A stretch of DNA of 64,000 bases from Candidatus Latescibacterota bacterium (GCA_965219455.1 OZ244744.1:2208001-2272000), one strand, 5' to 3'; counted from the stretch's first letter, positions 17,928 through 28,505 are shown. Made by a program: numbers and translations. The notes: generated by a model from the letters alone, not told the origin.

Positions 17928-19190
17928 GTGGACATCTTGAAAGATCTGGAGTTCCGGGGGTATGTTTTTCAGGTAACGGACGCCAGCGGACTCACGGCGC
18001 GGCTCGCCCGGGGGCCGATAACGCTCTATTCGGGGTTCGACCCCACGGCAGCCAGCTTGCACGTCGGCAACCTGATACCCATTCTGGGACTGCGGCGGTT
18101 CCAGTTGGCCGGGCATCATGCAATCGGCCTTATCGGAGGAGGTACCGGTTTGATTGGCGATCCGAGCGGAAGTAAGGAAGAACGCCGATTGAACCCGCCC
18201 GAGGTGATCGCGGCATATACCGAGAAGCTGACAGAGCAACTGGCTAAATTTCTGGATTTCGATACAAGAACCAATCCCGCCCAGGTGGTCAGCAATATGG
18301 GCTGGCTCTCCGAGCTCAAGGCAATTGACTTCCTGAGGGACGCGGGCAAGCATTTCCCCATGGGTTATATGCTGGCGAAAGAGTCCGTGGCTTCCCGTCT
18401 GGAATCCGGAATATCCTTCACCGAGTTCAGCTATATGGTCATTCAGGCATATGATTTCATGGAGTTGTTTCAAACGTGCGGATGCGAGTTGCAAATTGGC
18501 GGGAGCGATCAATGGGGCAATATTACAGCGGGAATCGAGTTGATCCGACGTCGTCTGGGCGGACAGGCACACGGTCTGACGTTTCCACTGCTGCAGAAAG
18601 CCGACGGTTCCAAGTTCGGCAAGACGGCCTCCGGTACTGTCTGGCTGGACGCGAGAAAGACAACGCCCTATCAGTTCTACCAGCACTGGATCAATACGGA
18701 TGACCGGGACGTCGTGAGCTTTCTGAAGCTGTTTACGTTTCTCTCGGAGGATGAGATCCGAAATCTGGAAATGGAGGTGTCACAACGCCCCGAGAAGCGC
18801 GAGGCACAGCGGGTTCTGGCCGACGAGGTAACCACATTCGTACATGACAGTACCGCAACAGACCGGGCGCGACGGATTTCCGAGGCATTGTTTTACGGGG
18901 ATCTGCGAGATCTGAGTGCACAAGAGATAGAGGAAGGGTTCAGCGACGTGCCATCTCATGCGCTCAATGGCGCGACTGAAGTGGGTTTGATTGGCTTGTT
19001 GGTCAATGTCCGCATTTCATCTTCCATGCGCCAGGCGCGCGAAGATATCAAGTCCGGCGCGATACATATCAATGGCCGGCGTTGCACGGATATGGGCCGG
19101 ATCCTTGAACCTTCCGAGAGACTCGCCGGAAAATACCTGGTGGTTCGCCGGGGCAAACGCCGCTACTTTCTGGTGCGCTGGAACAATTGA
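17928..19190 (+). CDS. tyrS: Tyrosine--tRNA ligase
   Basis: YSGFDPTAASLHVGN, QIGGSDQWGN and KFGKT motifs; C-terminal S4-like domain. Confidence 0.97.
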   Translation: MDILKDLEFRGYVFQVTDASGLTARLARGPITLYSGFDPTAASLHVGNLIPILGLRRFQLAGHHAIGLIGGGTGLIGDPSGSKEERRLNPPEVIAAYTEKLTEQLAKFLDFDTRTNPAQVVSNMGWLSELKAIDFLRDAGKHFPMGYMLAKESVASRLESGISFTEFSYMVIQAYDFMELFQTCGCELQIGGSDQWGNITAGIELIRRRLGGQAHGLTFPLLQKADGSKFGKTASGTVWLDARKTTPYQFYQHWINTDDRDVVSFLKLFTFLSEDEIRNLEMEVSQRPEKREAQRVLADEVTTFVHDSTATDRARRISEALFYGDLRDLSAQEIEEGFSDVPSHALNGATEVGLIGLLVNVRISSSMRQAREDIKSGAIHINGRRCTDMGRILEPSERLAGKYLVVRRGKRRYFLVRWNN

Positions 19191-19286
19191 CGGGCAGGCG
19201 CGGGGCGGCTTGTACGTATCGGAATGCAAATCAGGATATGAATATTCGGAACTCAGCAGCAAAAACAAAAGGAGAGGATTCTTTAC

Positions 19287-20264
19287 ATGAAAGCACCATG
19301 GATTACCTATCGGCCGGAACTCAAGGTACTTGATTGTACGATTCGAGACGGCGGATTGATGAATGACCATCATTTTACCGATGATTTCGTGAAGGCAGCT
19401 TACGAAACCTGCGTTGAAGCAGGGGTCGATTATATGGAAATCGGGTACCGAAACTCCAAGGAGATGTTCCCAAAAGGACAATTCGGACCCTTTCGACACA
19501 GTGACGAAGAAGATATCCGCAAGATTGCGGGCGATCACGACCCTGAAACGACCGGCCTGAAGCTCGCCATTATGGCCGATGCGGGCAAGAGCGATTGGGC
19601 GGAAGACATCCTGCCGGCCAGCGAGAGCGTGGTCAGCATGGTGCGCGTAGCCTGCTATGTCGAGCAGATCCCTGAAACCGTCGAAATGCTTTGCGACGCC
19701 CATGAGAAAGGTTATGAAACCAGCTGTAACATTATGGCCATTTCGACCGTGCAGGAGGTCGAGATCGACCAGGCGCTGGAAGTACTGATAAAAACCCCGG
19801 TTGGAACAATATGTGTTGTAGATAGTTTTGGCGCATTGTACCGCGAGCAGGTGGATATGCTCATTCGGAAGTATATGGAAGCCGTCAGCGGAACGGGAAA
19901 AGAAGTGGGCATTCACGCGCACAACAACCAGCAACTGGCGTTCGCCAATACCCTGGAAGCGCTTATTCTGGGCGCCAACCGGGTTGATGCCACGGTGGAC
20001 GGACTTGGCCGCGGCGCAGGAAATTGCCCGCTGGAATTGCTGCTCGGTTTCTTGCGCAATCCCAAATTCAAGATTCGACCTGTCTACAAGCTATTGGAAG
20101 ACCATTTTGTCAAATTGCGCGGTGAATTGACGTGGGGGGCCCTCATTCCGTACAACATCACGGGTCAGCACAACCAGCATCCCCGCTCGGCAATGGCGCT
20201 CCTGGACGGGGACGACCGCGATCGGTATCTGACATTCTACGATCAGGTGATGAGGGATATCTAG
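19287..20264 (+). CDS. DRE-TIM metallolyase (HMGL-like / 4-hydroxy-2-oxovalerate aldolase-like)
   Basis: LDCTIRDGG, VVDSFG, HAHNN and GLGRGAGN motifs. Confidence 0.85.
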   Translation: MKAPWITYRPELKVLDCTIRDGGLMNDHHFTDDFVKAAYETCVEAGVDYMEIGYRNSKEMFPKGQFGPFRHSDEEDIRKIAGDHDPETTGLKLAIMADAGKSDWAEDILPASESVVSMVRVACYVEQIPETVEMLCDAHEKGYETSCNIMAISTVQEVEIDQALEVLIKTPVGTICVVDSFGALYREQVDMLIRKYMEAVSGTGKEVGIHAHNNQQLAFANTLEALILGANRVDATVDGLGRGAGNCPLELLLGFLRNPKFKIRPVYKLLEDHFVKLRGELTWGALIPYNITGQHNQHPRSAMALLDGDDRDRYLTFYDQVMRDI

Positions 20265-20307
20265 TGTTCTGTTCCGGAAATAGATTGCCGTAGTTCGGCC
20301 GCCGAGG
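20265..20307 (+). repeat. MITE family A left-end fragment directly after a CTAG stop
   Basis: CTAG followed by TGTTCTGTTCCGGAAATAGATTGCCGTAGTTCGGCCGCCGAG. Confidence 0.7.
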
Positions 20308-20364
20308 CGCGGGCCCCGAACAACGACGGCGCCTGAGTCCGCCCGGCCACCACACCTTAACGGG

Positions 20365-21585
20365 ATGGAAATTATGGCACTTCCCAAAGCAGATGAATCC
20401 ACCGGCACAACACCCGACTCCGGGGGGCATTTCGGACCCTACGGTGGGCGCTACGTGCCGGAAACGCTGATGCCCTTGTTGGAGGACTTGGAGGCAGCCT
20501 ACCGCGATGCGAAGGACCGTCCGGATTTCAAGGAAGAACTGGACCGGTATCTCAGGGAATTTGTGGGAAGGCCGACGTCACTTTATTTTGCGCAGCGGCT
20601 GACCGCCGAACTGGGTGGAGCCAGAATCTATTTGAAGCGGGAGGACCTCGCGCACACCGGCGCGCACAAGATAAACAACACGATGGGCCAGATTCTCCTT
20701 GCCAAGCGAATGGGCAAAACGCGGATCATCGCGGAAACGGGCGCAGGTCAACACGGTGTGGCGACAGCAACCGTGGCGGCGATGTTCGGAATGGACTGCG
20801 AGATTTACATGGGCACCGAAGACATGGACCGTCAGGCGTTGAATGTGTTTCGAATGCGGCTCCTGGGCGCGAATGTAACGGGGGTGGATTCGGGCAGCAG
20901 GACTCTGAAGGATGCGATCAACGAAGCCATCCGGGATTGGGTGACGAATGTGGAAGATACGTTTTATATATTCGGATCCGTCCTGGGACCGCATCCGTAT
21001 CCGATGATCGTGCGCGATTTTCAGCGGGTGATCGGGGTGGAAACGCGCGAACAGATCCTGCAAGCCGAAGGCCGCTTGCCGGACTGTCTGATCGCATGCG
21101 TCGGCGGCGGCAGCAATTCCATCGGGCTGTTTCACGCCTTTTTGAATGACACGGACGTGCGGATGGTTGGTGTCGAAGCGGGAGGGCATGGCATTGCCTC
21201 CGGCGACCATGCGGCGCGATTTCAGGGCGGGGATCTGGGCGTACTGCACGGGGCAAGGATTTACCTCCTGCAGGACGAGGACGGGCAGATCGCGCTGACC
21301 CATTCGGTGTCCGCGGGCCTGGATTATTCGGGTGTGGGGCCCGAGCACTGTCATCTGCGGGATGCGGGTCGGATCGAGTACGTCTATGCCACCGACGACG
21401 AAGCCCTGAAGGCTTTCCAGCAGTTGAGTCGCACTGAGGGTATAATTCCCGCACTGGAAAGCGCACACGCGATCGCGCACGTGTCCAGAGCGGCGCCCGA
21501 ACTGGGCAAGGATGCCGTAATCGTGGCGAATCTTTCCGGCCGGGGCGATAAAGACGTGCAGCAGGCGGCAAAATACCTGCATTAG
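20365..21585 (+). CDS. trpB: Tryptophan synthase beta chain
   Basis: [24 protein letters not shown] and GGGSN motifs. Confidence 0.98.
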   Translation: MEIMALPKADESTGTTPDSGGHFGPYGGRYVPETLMPLLEDLEAAYRDAKDRPDFKEELDRYLREFVGRPTSLYFAQRLTAELGGARIYLKREDLAHTGAHKINNTMGQILLAKRMGKTRIIAETGAGQHGVATATVAAMFGMDCEIYMGTEDMDRQALNVFRMRLLGANVTGVDSGSRTLKDAINEAIRDWVTNVEDTFYIFGSVLGPHPYPMIVRDFQRVIGVETREQILQAEGRLPDCLIACVGGGSNSIGLFHAFLNDTDVRMVGVEAGGHGIASGDHAARFQGGDLGVLHGARIYLLQDEDGQIALTHSVSAGLDYSGVGPEHCHLRDAGRIEYVYATDDEALKAFQQLSRTEGIIPALESAHAIAHVSRAAPELGKDAVIVANLSGRGDKDVQQAAKYLH

Positions 21586-21638
21586 GCAGTATTGCACCGT
21601 TCGTTTTCAGGTCGGAATCGAAGAATGGGGTCGATCGG

Positions 21639-22451
21639 ATGACAAGAATCGGGAAACGGTTCGAGGCGTTGAAAGAAGCGCGCAGGACCGGATTTGTGGC
21701 CTACATCACCGCGGGAGATCCGGACCTGGCAATCACCCGCAAGCTGGTGCCGGAACTGGAACGGCGCGGGGTGGACATTCTCGAGTTGGGCGTGCCGTTC
21801 TCCGATCCACTGGCGGATGGACCGGAGATCCAGCGGGCATCGCAGCGCGCCCTGCGACATCGGGTGTCAATCGGTGACGTGCTGGATCTGGTGGCAGACC
21901 TGCGGCGGGAGACGGAGATACCGATTGTGCTGTTTACGTATTTCAATCCGATGCATCGTTTTGGTCTGAAACGACTTGTCGACCGGGCGGCCGAAGCGGG
22001 GGTGGACGGCATTCTGGCGCTGGATCTTCCGCCCGAGGAGGCGGCGGAGTACAAGTGTCTGATGTCGCAACAGGGACTGGATACGATTTTTTTGATTGCG
22101 CCAACGAGCCGTGAGGATCGTATTCAACGGATTGCGGCGCATTCCAGCGGGTTTGTGTATTACGTGTCACGCACGGGCGTAACGGGGGAACGGAAAAGCC
22201 TGGAGGAGACACTTGGCGCCAAGGTGGCGACCATCCGTCGCTACACGTCGCAACCGGTTGCGGTGGGATTCGGTATTTCGACGCCCGAACATACCAGGGA
22301 GGTTGCAGTTTATGCGGATGCAGTCGTCGTTGGCAGCGCGATCGTGCGGCGAATTGCGGAGCGGCAGGGCGACCCGGATCTCGTTTCACACATCGGAGTA
22401 TTTGTGGAAGAACTCGTGCAACCGTTGAAGGGAGCACCCGATGGATCTTGA
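21639..22451 (+). CDS. trpA: Tryptophan synthase alpha chain
   Basis: ELGVPFSDPLADGPEIQ, GVTG and VGFGI motifs. Confidence 0.97.
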   Translation: MTRIGKRFEALKEARRTGFVAYITAGDPDLAITRKLVPELERRGVDILELGVPFSDPLADGPEIQRASQRALRHRVSIGDVLDLVADLRRETEIPIVLFTYFNPMHRFGLKRLVDRAAEAGVDGILALDLPPEEAAEYKCLMSQQGLDTIFLIAPTSREDRIQRIAAHSSGFVYYVSRTGVTGERKSLEETLGAKVATIRRYTSQPVAVGFGISTPEHTREVAVYADAVVVGSAIVRRIAERQGDPDLVSHIGVFVEELVQPLKGAPDGS

Positions 22452-22773
22452 AGACTGGCGAAAGGAAATCGACGTCCTGAATCAACAACTGCTGGAGCTT
22501 CTCAATCGACGAGCCGAATGTGCACTTGAGATTGGCAGGATTAAACAGGCAATCGAGCAACCGATTTATGCGCCGGAACGGGAGACGTCGATCCTGAACC
22601 GAATCCGTAAACTGAACACGGGGCCCCTGACCGACGAAGCGGTGCATCGGATATTTCAGCAGATAATCGATGAGTCCAGGCGCCTGGAACAGGAGCATGG
22701 CGACCGGGAAACGGGGGCACAAAACCCCTCTGAATCCGTTCGTGAAACCGGCCGAACGACTAAACCGGATTGA
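22441..22773 (+). CDS. Monofunctional AroQ chorismate mutase
   Basis: LEDWRKEID...LLNRR...IGRIK...IYAPERE...IIDESRRLEQ pattern. Confidence 0.92.
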   Translation: MDLEDWRKEIDVLNQQLLELLNRRAECALEIGRIKQAIEQPIYAPERETSILNRIRKLNTGPLTDEAVHRIFQQIIDESRRLEQEHGDRETGAQNPSESVRETGRTTKPD

Positions 22774-22802
22774 CGGTCGCCAACCCCCGGAGCTGAAGGC
22801 AA

Positions 22803-23831
22803 ATGGCGTTCAGAAAGATCCTGAAGATACCCACCCCGGAAGCCGTACTGGAGAAGATGTCGCTTCCGAAGAAGCTGAAGGCTGTAAAGGATGAACGCGA
22901 CGCGGAAATCAGGGATATTTTCGCGCGGAGGAGCGATAAGTTTCTGCTGGTGATCGGCCCCTGTTCGGCGCACAACGAAGATGCCGTATGTGAATACGTG
23001 TCCCGGCTGGCGAAACTGCAGGAGGCCGTCCGGGAAAAACTGGTTCTGGTGCCGCGCATTTATACCAACAAACCCCGAACAACCGGCGAGGGGTACAAGG
23101 GGATGGGGCATCAGCCGGACCCGCGGAAGGCACCGGATATTTCCGAGGGGATCTATGCGGTTCGTCAGATGCATATCCGGGCGGTCCGGGAGTCCCATCT
23201 GACGGCCGCCGACGAAATGCTGTACCCGGGCAATCTGCCGTATGTCGAGGATCTGCTGAGTTATATAGCCGTGGGCGCACGGTCGGTGGAGAATCAACAG
23301 CACCGCTTGACCTGTAGCGGCGTCGGCGTGCCGGTCGGAATGAAGAACCCGACGGGAGGAGATCTTTCGGTCATGCTGAACGCGATTCACGCCTCACAGA
23401 TTCCACACGTCTTCATTTATAACGGCTGGGAGGTGAGTACCGATGGCAATCCCCTGGCACACGCCGTGCTTCGGGGCGCCGTGGATGTGACCGGGCGCAG
23501 TATTCCGAACTATCACTTTGAAGACCTCATACACGTTGCGGAACTCTATCGCCAGCGGCCGCTTGCCAATGCCGCAATCGTTGTGGATACGAATCACAAT
23601 AATTCCGGCAAACAGTTCAGCGAACAACCCAGGATCGGGTTGGAGGTGATACGCAGCCGGCAGAGTTCGGGATTCTTGAACGATATGATCCGTGGGTTGA
23701 TGGTGGAAAGTTTTCTGGTTGAGGGCACACAGAACGTTAATGACGGCGTGTACGGCAAATCCATTACCGATCCGTGCCTGGGGTGGAAGGATTCCGAGGT
23801 GTTTGTGAAGGAACTGGCGGAAAAAATATGA
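22803..23831 (+). CDS. aroF: DAHP synthase, class I-alpha
   Basis: IGPCS, KPRTTGEGYKG, GARS, GMKN and YGKSITDPC motifs. Confidence 0.93.
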   Translation: MAFRKILKIPTPEAVLEKMSLPKKLKAVKDERDAEIRDIFARRSDKFLLVIGPCSAHNEDAVCEYVSRLAKLQEAVREKLVLVPRIYTNKPRTTGEGYKGMGHQPDPRKAPDISEGIYAVRQMHIRAVRESHLTAADEMLYPGNLPYVEDLLSYIAVGARSVENQQHRLTCSGVGVPVGMKNPTGGDLSVMLNAIHASQIPHVFIYNGWEVSTDGNPLAHAVLRGAVDVTGRSIPNYHFEDLIHVAELYRQRPLANAAIVVDTNHNNSGKQFSEQPRIGLEVIRSRQSSGFLNDMIRGLMVESFLVEGTQNVNDGVYGKSITDPCLGWKDSEVFVKELAEKI

Positions 23832-23909
23832 GAGCGGCCGGGCTCCGGATTCAGGAGTGAATCGGAACGTTTTCCTGACGCTCTTGCCTGTTCTTCCGAG
23901 GATGAAGGT

Positions 23910-25022
23910 ATGGCGAATGATCCTCCGTTTGCGCGTGAGACGATTGCTATTGTGGGTGTTGGGTTGATCGGCGGATCTCTTGGCGTGGCACTCAAGGGTC
24001 TGGGCATCGGGCGAAGCATCGTTGGCGTCAGCAGGCAGGAGACACTGGATGCAGCCGGCGAATTGAATGTAATTGACGCGGGCTATCGCTATGAAGAGCT
24101 GGCAGCGGGAATTGCCGAAGCGGCGCTGGTTTTCCTGTGTACTCCCATTGTACGTATTCTGGACCTGCTGCCGCGGGTGCTGGGGGCGGCGCGGAAGGGT
24201 GCGGTCGTGACCGATGTGGGCAGCACCAAGCACGCGATTGTTTCCGCGGCGACGGCGCATCAACGGGATGGCGTGTGCTTTGTGGGAGGGCATCCGATGG
24301 CCGGGTCCGAACATCGCGGGGTAAGCGCGGCGGATCCTTTCCTGTTTCAGAACGCCATTTACGTATTGACGCCGTCGCCGGACACGCCCGATTTCGTGGT
24401 CGAAAAGCTCGCGCGCCTCGTGAGGGCGCTCGGGGCGAGACCCATGAGGATGACGCCTCAGGCACACGACAGGGCGGCGGCGGCGGTGAGCCATTTGCCG
24501 CAGATGATGGCCACAAGCCTGGTGTCCATGATCGGACGGATGACCGAGGCCGAAGGGTTGCCGATACGGATGGCGGCGGGTGGGTTTCGGGATCTGACAC
24601 GCATTGCATCCAGCCCGTATGAAATGTGGCGGGATATCTGCCATACAAACGGGGCCTCGATCCGTGAGATGATCGATCTCTATATTGAGTCGCTGGCAGC
24701 GATTCGCGGGGAAGTGGACCATGACGGTCTGGAGCAGGCATTTGTCTATGCGAATCGGGTACGGGGACAGATCCCGAAGGACTCCAAGGGGTTTTTGCAT
24801 CCCCTATACGAAATCCTCCTGGTGGCGGAAGACAGACCGGGCGTGATTGCCGACGTCGCTCAGACCCTGGCCGGAGAGAACATCAATATTAACGACATCG
24901 AGGTGTTGAATGTACGGGAGGGGGAAGGGGGCACCATCCGGATGGGGTTCGATTCACGTCCATGCGCGGAAGAGGCCGTAGGTGTGTTGGGGAAGGCGGG
25001 ATACAGCGTCAGGCTGAGATAG
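23910..25022 (+). CDS. tyrA: Prephenate/arogenate dehydrogenase with C-terminal ACT domain
   Basis: GVGLIGGS, DVGSTK, GGHPMAG, SHLP, GFRDLTRIA and DRPGVI (ACT) motifs. Confidence 0.94.
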   Translation: MANDPPFARETIAIVGVGLIGGSLGVALKGLGIGRSIVGVSRQETLDAAGELNVIDAGYRYEELAAGIAEAALVFLCTPIVRILDLLPRVLGAARKGAVVTDVGSTKHAIVSAATAHQRDGVCFVGGHPMAGSEHRGVSAADPFLFQNAIYVLTPSPDTPDFVVEKLARLVRALGARPMRMTPQAHDRAAAAVSHLPQMMATSLVSMIGRMTEAEGLPIRMAAGGFRDLTRIASSPYEMWRDICHTNGASIREMIDLYIESLAAIRGEVDHDGLEQAFVYANRVRGQIPKDSKGFLHPLYEILLVAEDRPGVIADVAQTLAGENININDIEVLNVREGEGGTIRMGFDSRPCAEEAVGVLGKAGYSVRLR

Positions 25023-25101
25023 ACGGAAGGATCCCGAACGGGAAACGGTTGAACGAGAGAGATTGCTGCCCGTCCTTTAGTGACTCCATTTTGAAGAAGG
25101 C

Positions 25102-26415
25102 GTGGTTTTGGAATTCGCGGGTTCGGTGATTTCCCGGGGCACGATCAGGCCCTCGCCAGGGCTTGTGGGGACATGCGACCTCCCGGGCGATGCCAACATG
25201 TCGATAATGGCCCTGGTGCTATCGTCCACGGCCGATGGAATCTCCCGGATTCACAGGTGTTCGCGACGACGCGACGTCGGGCGAGCCGTAGAATTGCTGT
25301 CGAAACTCGGGATTTCGGTCGGGTGGGACGGTGAGACCGCGACGGTGACCGGCGGCCGCTTCAGGGCGCCGGACGACGTGCTGCACGTGGATGGGTCCCC
25401 GGTTCTGTTTTCCTGTCTGGCGGGATTGCTGTCGAATGCGCCCTTTGTGACCAGACTCTCCGGAGTTCGGGCGGATGCCGACGTCGACAGGGTTTTCGGG
25501 GCGCTCCGCGCATTGGGCGCACAACTGGACATTCCGGCTGAGGATCGGACATCGGCAGGTGTGGGAGGGGGTAAGTTAACGCCCGGTTCCTACCGCGTCG
25601 GACTTCCGGATATGTTGGTGAAGTGTGTAATGCTTATGGCCGGGTTGGGTGTGGATGGTCCGGTTGAACTGTTGCAGGACACCCGTGGGGATGACGACCT
25701 GGAAGTGTTGCTGCAAGCAGCAGGATGCGGGCTGAAGAAGAGGCGCATGAAGGGCGCCGGCGGTCATCGATTGTTGATGGAAGGACCCGTACGGCTCCAT
25801 GGCGTTACCCATGAGTTGCCGGGTAGTTCGGACGCGGGGCTGTTTCTTGCTCTCGCTGCGGCAATGTTGAAACGGTCTGATGTGACGGTAACCCATTTCG
25901 GAATGGATTCGAGAAGCCGCAGGATCGTAGATATATTGCGGCGAATGAACGTATCTATGGATGTGGAGCAATACTGGACGAATTCCGGTTTTCCCGTACG
26001 ACGACTTCGGATCAGGGGGTCCGAATTGCGTGGTATAAAAATCTCGGGTGCGAATGCGAGACGCTTCAGGGACGTGCTCCCGCTCCTGGCAGTCGCGGGC
26101 GCGGTATCCCGGGGTGAAACGATTTTACGGGATGCCGAGGCGTTGAGGGACGGCCCGGTGGACTGTATTTCGGTAATGGTGGAAAACCTCAGGAAGATGC
26201 AGATTCAAGTTGGGGAGATGCCGGATGGGCTGGTTGTGAAGGGCGGGCAACTGCAGGGCGCCGAACTGGATGCTGCCGGCGACGCCCGTGTGTCAATGGC
26301 ACTCACGCTGGCAACGCTGGCGAGCGAAGGGGAAACCCTTGTAATGAACCCTGGGCCCGTGGATCAGATGCATCATGGGATCATGGAAAGATTGGCTACG
26401 GTTTTGGAGACGTAA
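25102..26415 (+). CDS. EPSP-synthase-fold protein lacking catalytic residues (AroA-like pseudoenzyme candidate)
   Basis: Collinear with class II AroA over 437 aa, but motifs read PGDANMSIMA, DGSPVLFS, PDMLVKC, RDGPVDCI and GDARVSM. Confidence 0.8.
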   Translation: MVLEFAGSVISRGTIRPSPGLVGTCDLPGDANMSIMALVLSSTADGISRIHRCSRRRDVGRAVELLSKLGISVGWDGETATVTGGRFRAPDDVLHVDGSPVLFSCLAGLLSNAPFVTRLSGVRADADVDRVFGALRALGAQLDIPAEDRTSAGVGGGKLTPGSYRVGLPDMLVKCVMLMAGLGVDGPVELLQDTRGDDDLEVLLQAAGCGLKKRRMKGAGGHRLLMEGPVRLHGVTHELPGSSDAGLFLALAAAMLKRSDVTVTHFGMDSRSRRIVDILRRMNVSMDVEQYWTNSGFPVRRLRIRGSELRGIKISGANARRFRDVLPLLAVAGAVSRGETILRDAEALRDGPVDCISVMVENLRKMQIQVGEMPDGLVVKGGQLQGAELDAAGDARVSMALTLATLASEGETLVMNPGPVDQMHHGIMERLATVLET

Positions 26416-26507
26416 GTCGTGTACGTAATTCGGTTGCCCGACGTGTATTGTGGCGGCATGGGCCGCTCAAAACAACGTGGGTCAATCATCGGTACGAGGA
26501 GAGTCTT

Positions 26508-26648
26508 ATGAGACTGGTTGGCAGGTTGTTCTTTCTGGCGTTACTCGTGTTCCTGGGAGGCGTGGTTTTCATTCGGTACACCTACAACTGTTCCTGGAAA
26601 GAGAGTTTTGCAATTGCCGATCAGTTTGTGTCTGACCTGACCGGTTGA
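26508..26648 (+). CDS. Small single-TM protein (46 aa)
   Basis: GAGGAG SD before ATG; MRLVGRLFFLALLVFLGGVVFIRYTYNCSWKESFAIADQFVSDLTG. Confidence 0.6.
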   Translation: MRLVGRLFFLALLVFLGGVVFIRYTYNCSWKESFAIADQFVSDLTG

Positions 26649-26738
26649 GCAACGCGATGCTGGTCGACGTGCGGGGGAACTTCAACCGGCCAGACGCGAA
26701 AACCGGGTTTAGGAACTGATAGGTCAGGGGAGTCTGTT

Positions 26739-27605
26739 TTGGGTATTGTGTCAACCACGCAGTTGCTGGGGGTGATAGGCGATCCGATTGCCCATTCGTT
26801 GTCGCCGGACATGCACAATGCGGCCATAAGCGTTCTTGAAGCAGACTACTGTTACGTTGCCTTTCACGTATTGCCGAATGGGGTTGAATCGGCGCTTCAG
26901 GGGATGCGCGCCTTGCAGATCCGGGGTTTGAACGTAACCCTTCCGCACAAGACTGCAGTGATGGCACACCTGGACCGGATTTCCGAAGAAGCACTGGCCG
27001 TGGGCGCGGTGAATACGATTTCTTTCAATGACGGCGAACTGGTCGGGCACAATACAGACGTGTACGGGTTGGCCACCGCGCTGGAGCGGACGGCCGGCCT
27101 CGCCGTGTTGCCGGAGCATTGCGTGATTCTCGGCGCGGGCGGCGTGGCGCGGGCGGCTGTTTATGCGCTGGCTACGCAAAATGAGGTGCGGCGGGTGAGC
27201 ATTCTGAATCGAACTGTAGGCCGGGCGGAAGCGCTTGCGCGTAATATGGAACGGATCACAGGCAAGACAATAGACGCGGGCGATCTGACGACAGACACCC
27301 AAATGAGGCGGTTCGCGGATGCCGGCCTCGTCGTGAATGGTACTTCGCTGGGGATGCACCCGAACGTAGAGCGGACGCCGCTTGCGGATACAGACACGAT
27401 ACACTCACAACTGGTGCTCTACGATACGGTTTTCAACCCGCTGGATACGCTGCTGATGCGGCAGTTTCGATCCGCGGGCGCGCTGGCTTTTGGAGGACTG
27501 GATATGCTTGTACACCAGGGTGCGCGTTCGTTTGCCATCTGGACGGGAGTCGAGCCGCCCGTCGACGTCATGAAGCAGGCGGTAATCGACCGGTTTCGGG
27601 CGTAG
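26739..27605 (+). CDS. aroE: Shikimate dehydrogenase
   Basis: HSLSP, NVTLPHK, GAVNT, NTD, GAGG and NRT motifs. Confidence 0.95.
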   Translation: MGIVSTTQLLGVIGDPIAHSLSPDMHNAAISVLEADYCYVAFHVLPNGVESALQGMRALQIRGLNVTLPHKTAVMAHLDRISEEALAVGAVNTISFNDGELVGHNTDVYGLATALERTAGLAVLPEHCVILGAGGVARAAVYALATQNEVRRVSILNRTVGRAEALARNMERITGKTIDAGDLTTDTQMRRFADAGLVVNGTSLGMHPNVERTPLADTDTIHSQLVLYDTVFNPLDTLLMRQFRSAGALAFGGLDMLVHQGARSFAIWTGVEPPVDVMKQAVIDRFRA

Positions 27606-27607
27606 CT

Positions 27608-28327
27608 GTGGTGAGGTCCGACCTACAGGAACGCCGGGCAAAACGGACTTTTGTGCGTCAGATGTTCGACGGCATAGCCGGTACGTACGATCTGTTGAAC
27701 CACCTGCTGAGCGCCGGCGTGGACATTGTCTGGCGGCGATGGACAGTAGACGCACTGGAATTGCAAGCCGGAGAGTGGATCCTGGACCTTGCAACGGGAA
27801 CGGGCGATTTGGGCCTCGAAGCGGCTGCGCGTGATTCGGGCGTGCGGGTTGTGGGCGCGGACCTGTCCCTACCGATGCTTCGGCTAGCAAACAAAAAACG
27901 GGATAGGGGATCCGGCCGACTGCTTCTCCTATGTGCAGACGCGGAGCGGCTGCCGTTTCCCGACGTGCAGTTTCATGCCGTAACGATTGGTTTCGGAGTA
28001 CGGAATTTTTCGGACTTGAACAATGGCCTTCAGGAGATACATCGGGTTTTACGCGCCGGAGGCCGGTTGGCAATTCTGGAGTTTTCCAGGCCCAGGGCGT
28101 TTCTATTACGCAGGATCTACTTTTTTTATTTCAAATTTATCCTGCCCGGCATCGGCCGGCTTGTTTCCCGGAATCCTCTGGCGTATCGGTATCTTTATGA
28201 GTCTGTAATGGGTTTTCCTGAGGGGGAAGCATTCCGAAGGCGTCTGACGCAGGCCGGTTTTGTCGAGGCGGTGGAACGCCGGTTGACCTTTGGGATTGCG
28301 ACCATCTATTTGGCTTCAAAACCGTAA
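27608..28327 (+). CDS. ubiE: Demethylmenaquinone / ubiquinone methyltransferase (UbiE/MenG)
   Basis: MFDGIA..YD..N..LS.G, LDLATGTGD, FGVRN and YLYESV motifs. Confidence 0.93.
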   Translation: MVRSDLQERRAKRTFVRQMFDGIAGTYDLLNHLLSAGVDIVWRRWTVDALELQAGEWILDLATGTGDLGLEAAARDSGVRVVGADLSLPMLRLANKKRDRGSGRLLLLCADAERLPFPDVQFHAVTIGFGVRNFSDLNNGLQEIHRVLRAGGRLAILEFSRPRAFLLRRIYFFYFKFILPGIGRLVSRNPLAYRYLYESVMGFPEGEAFRRRLTQAGFVEAVERRLTFGIATIYLASKP

Positions 28328-28505
28328 AAGCGCTTTGCTTATTGGTCAGCGTGTTGGGCTTGAGAAAGTAACGAGATGGCATTTTCAAAGCGCGAGGATT
28401 ACAAGTTTTACGCATTTCAAATGTTGAAATTCGCACGCATTCAGATGGCGTTCTCAAATCAATCAGAGCATATATAAGGCAGCGTTCGCTCAACGCTTGG
28501 TTCAA

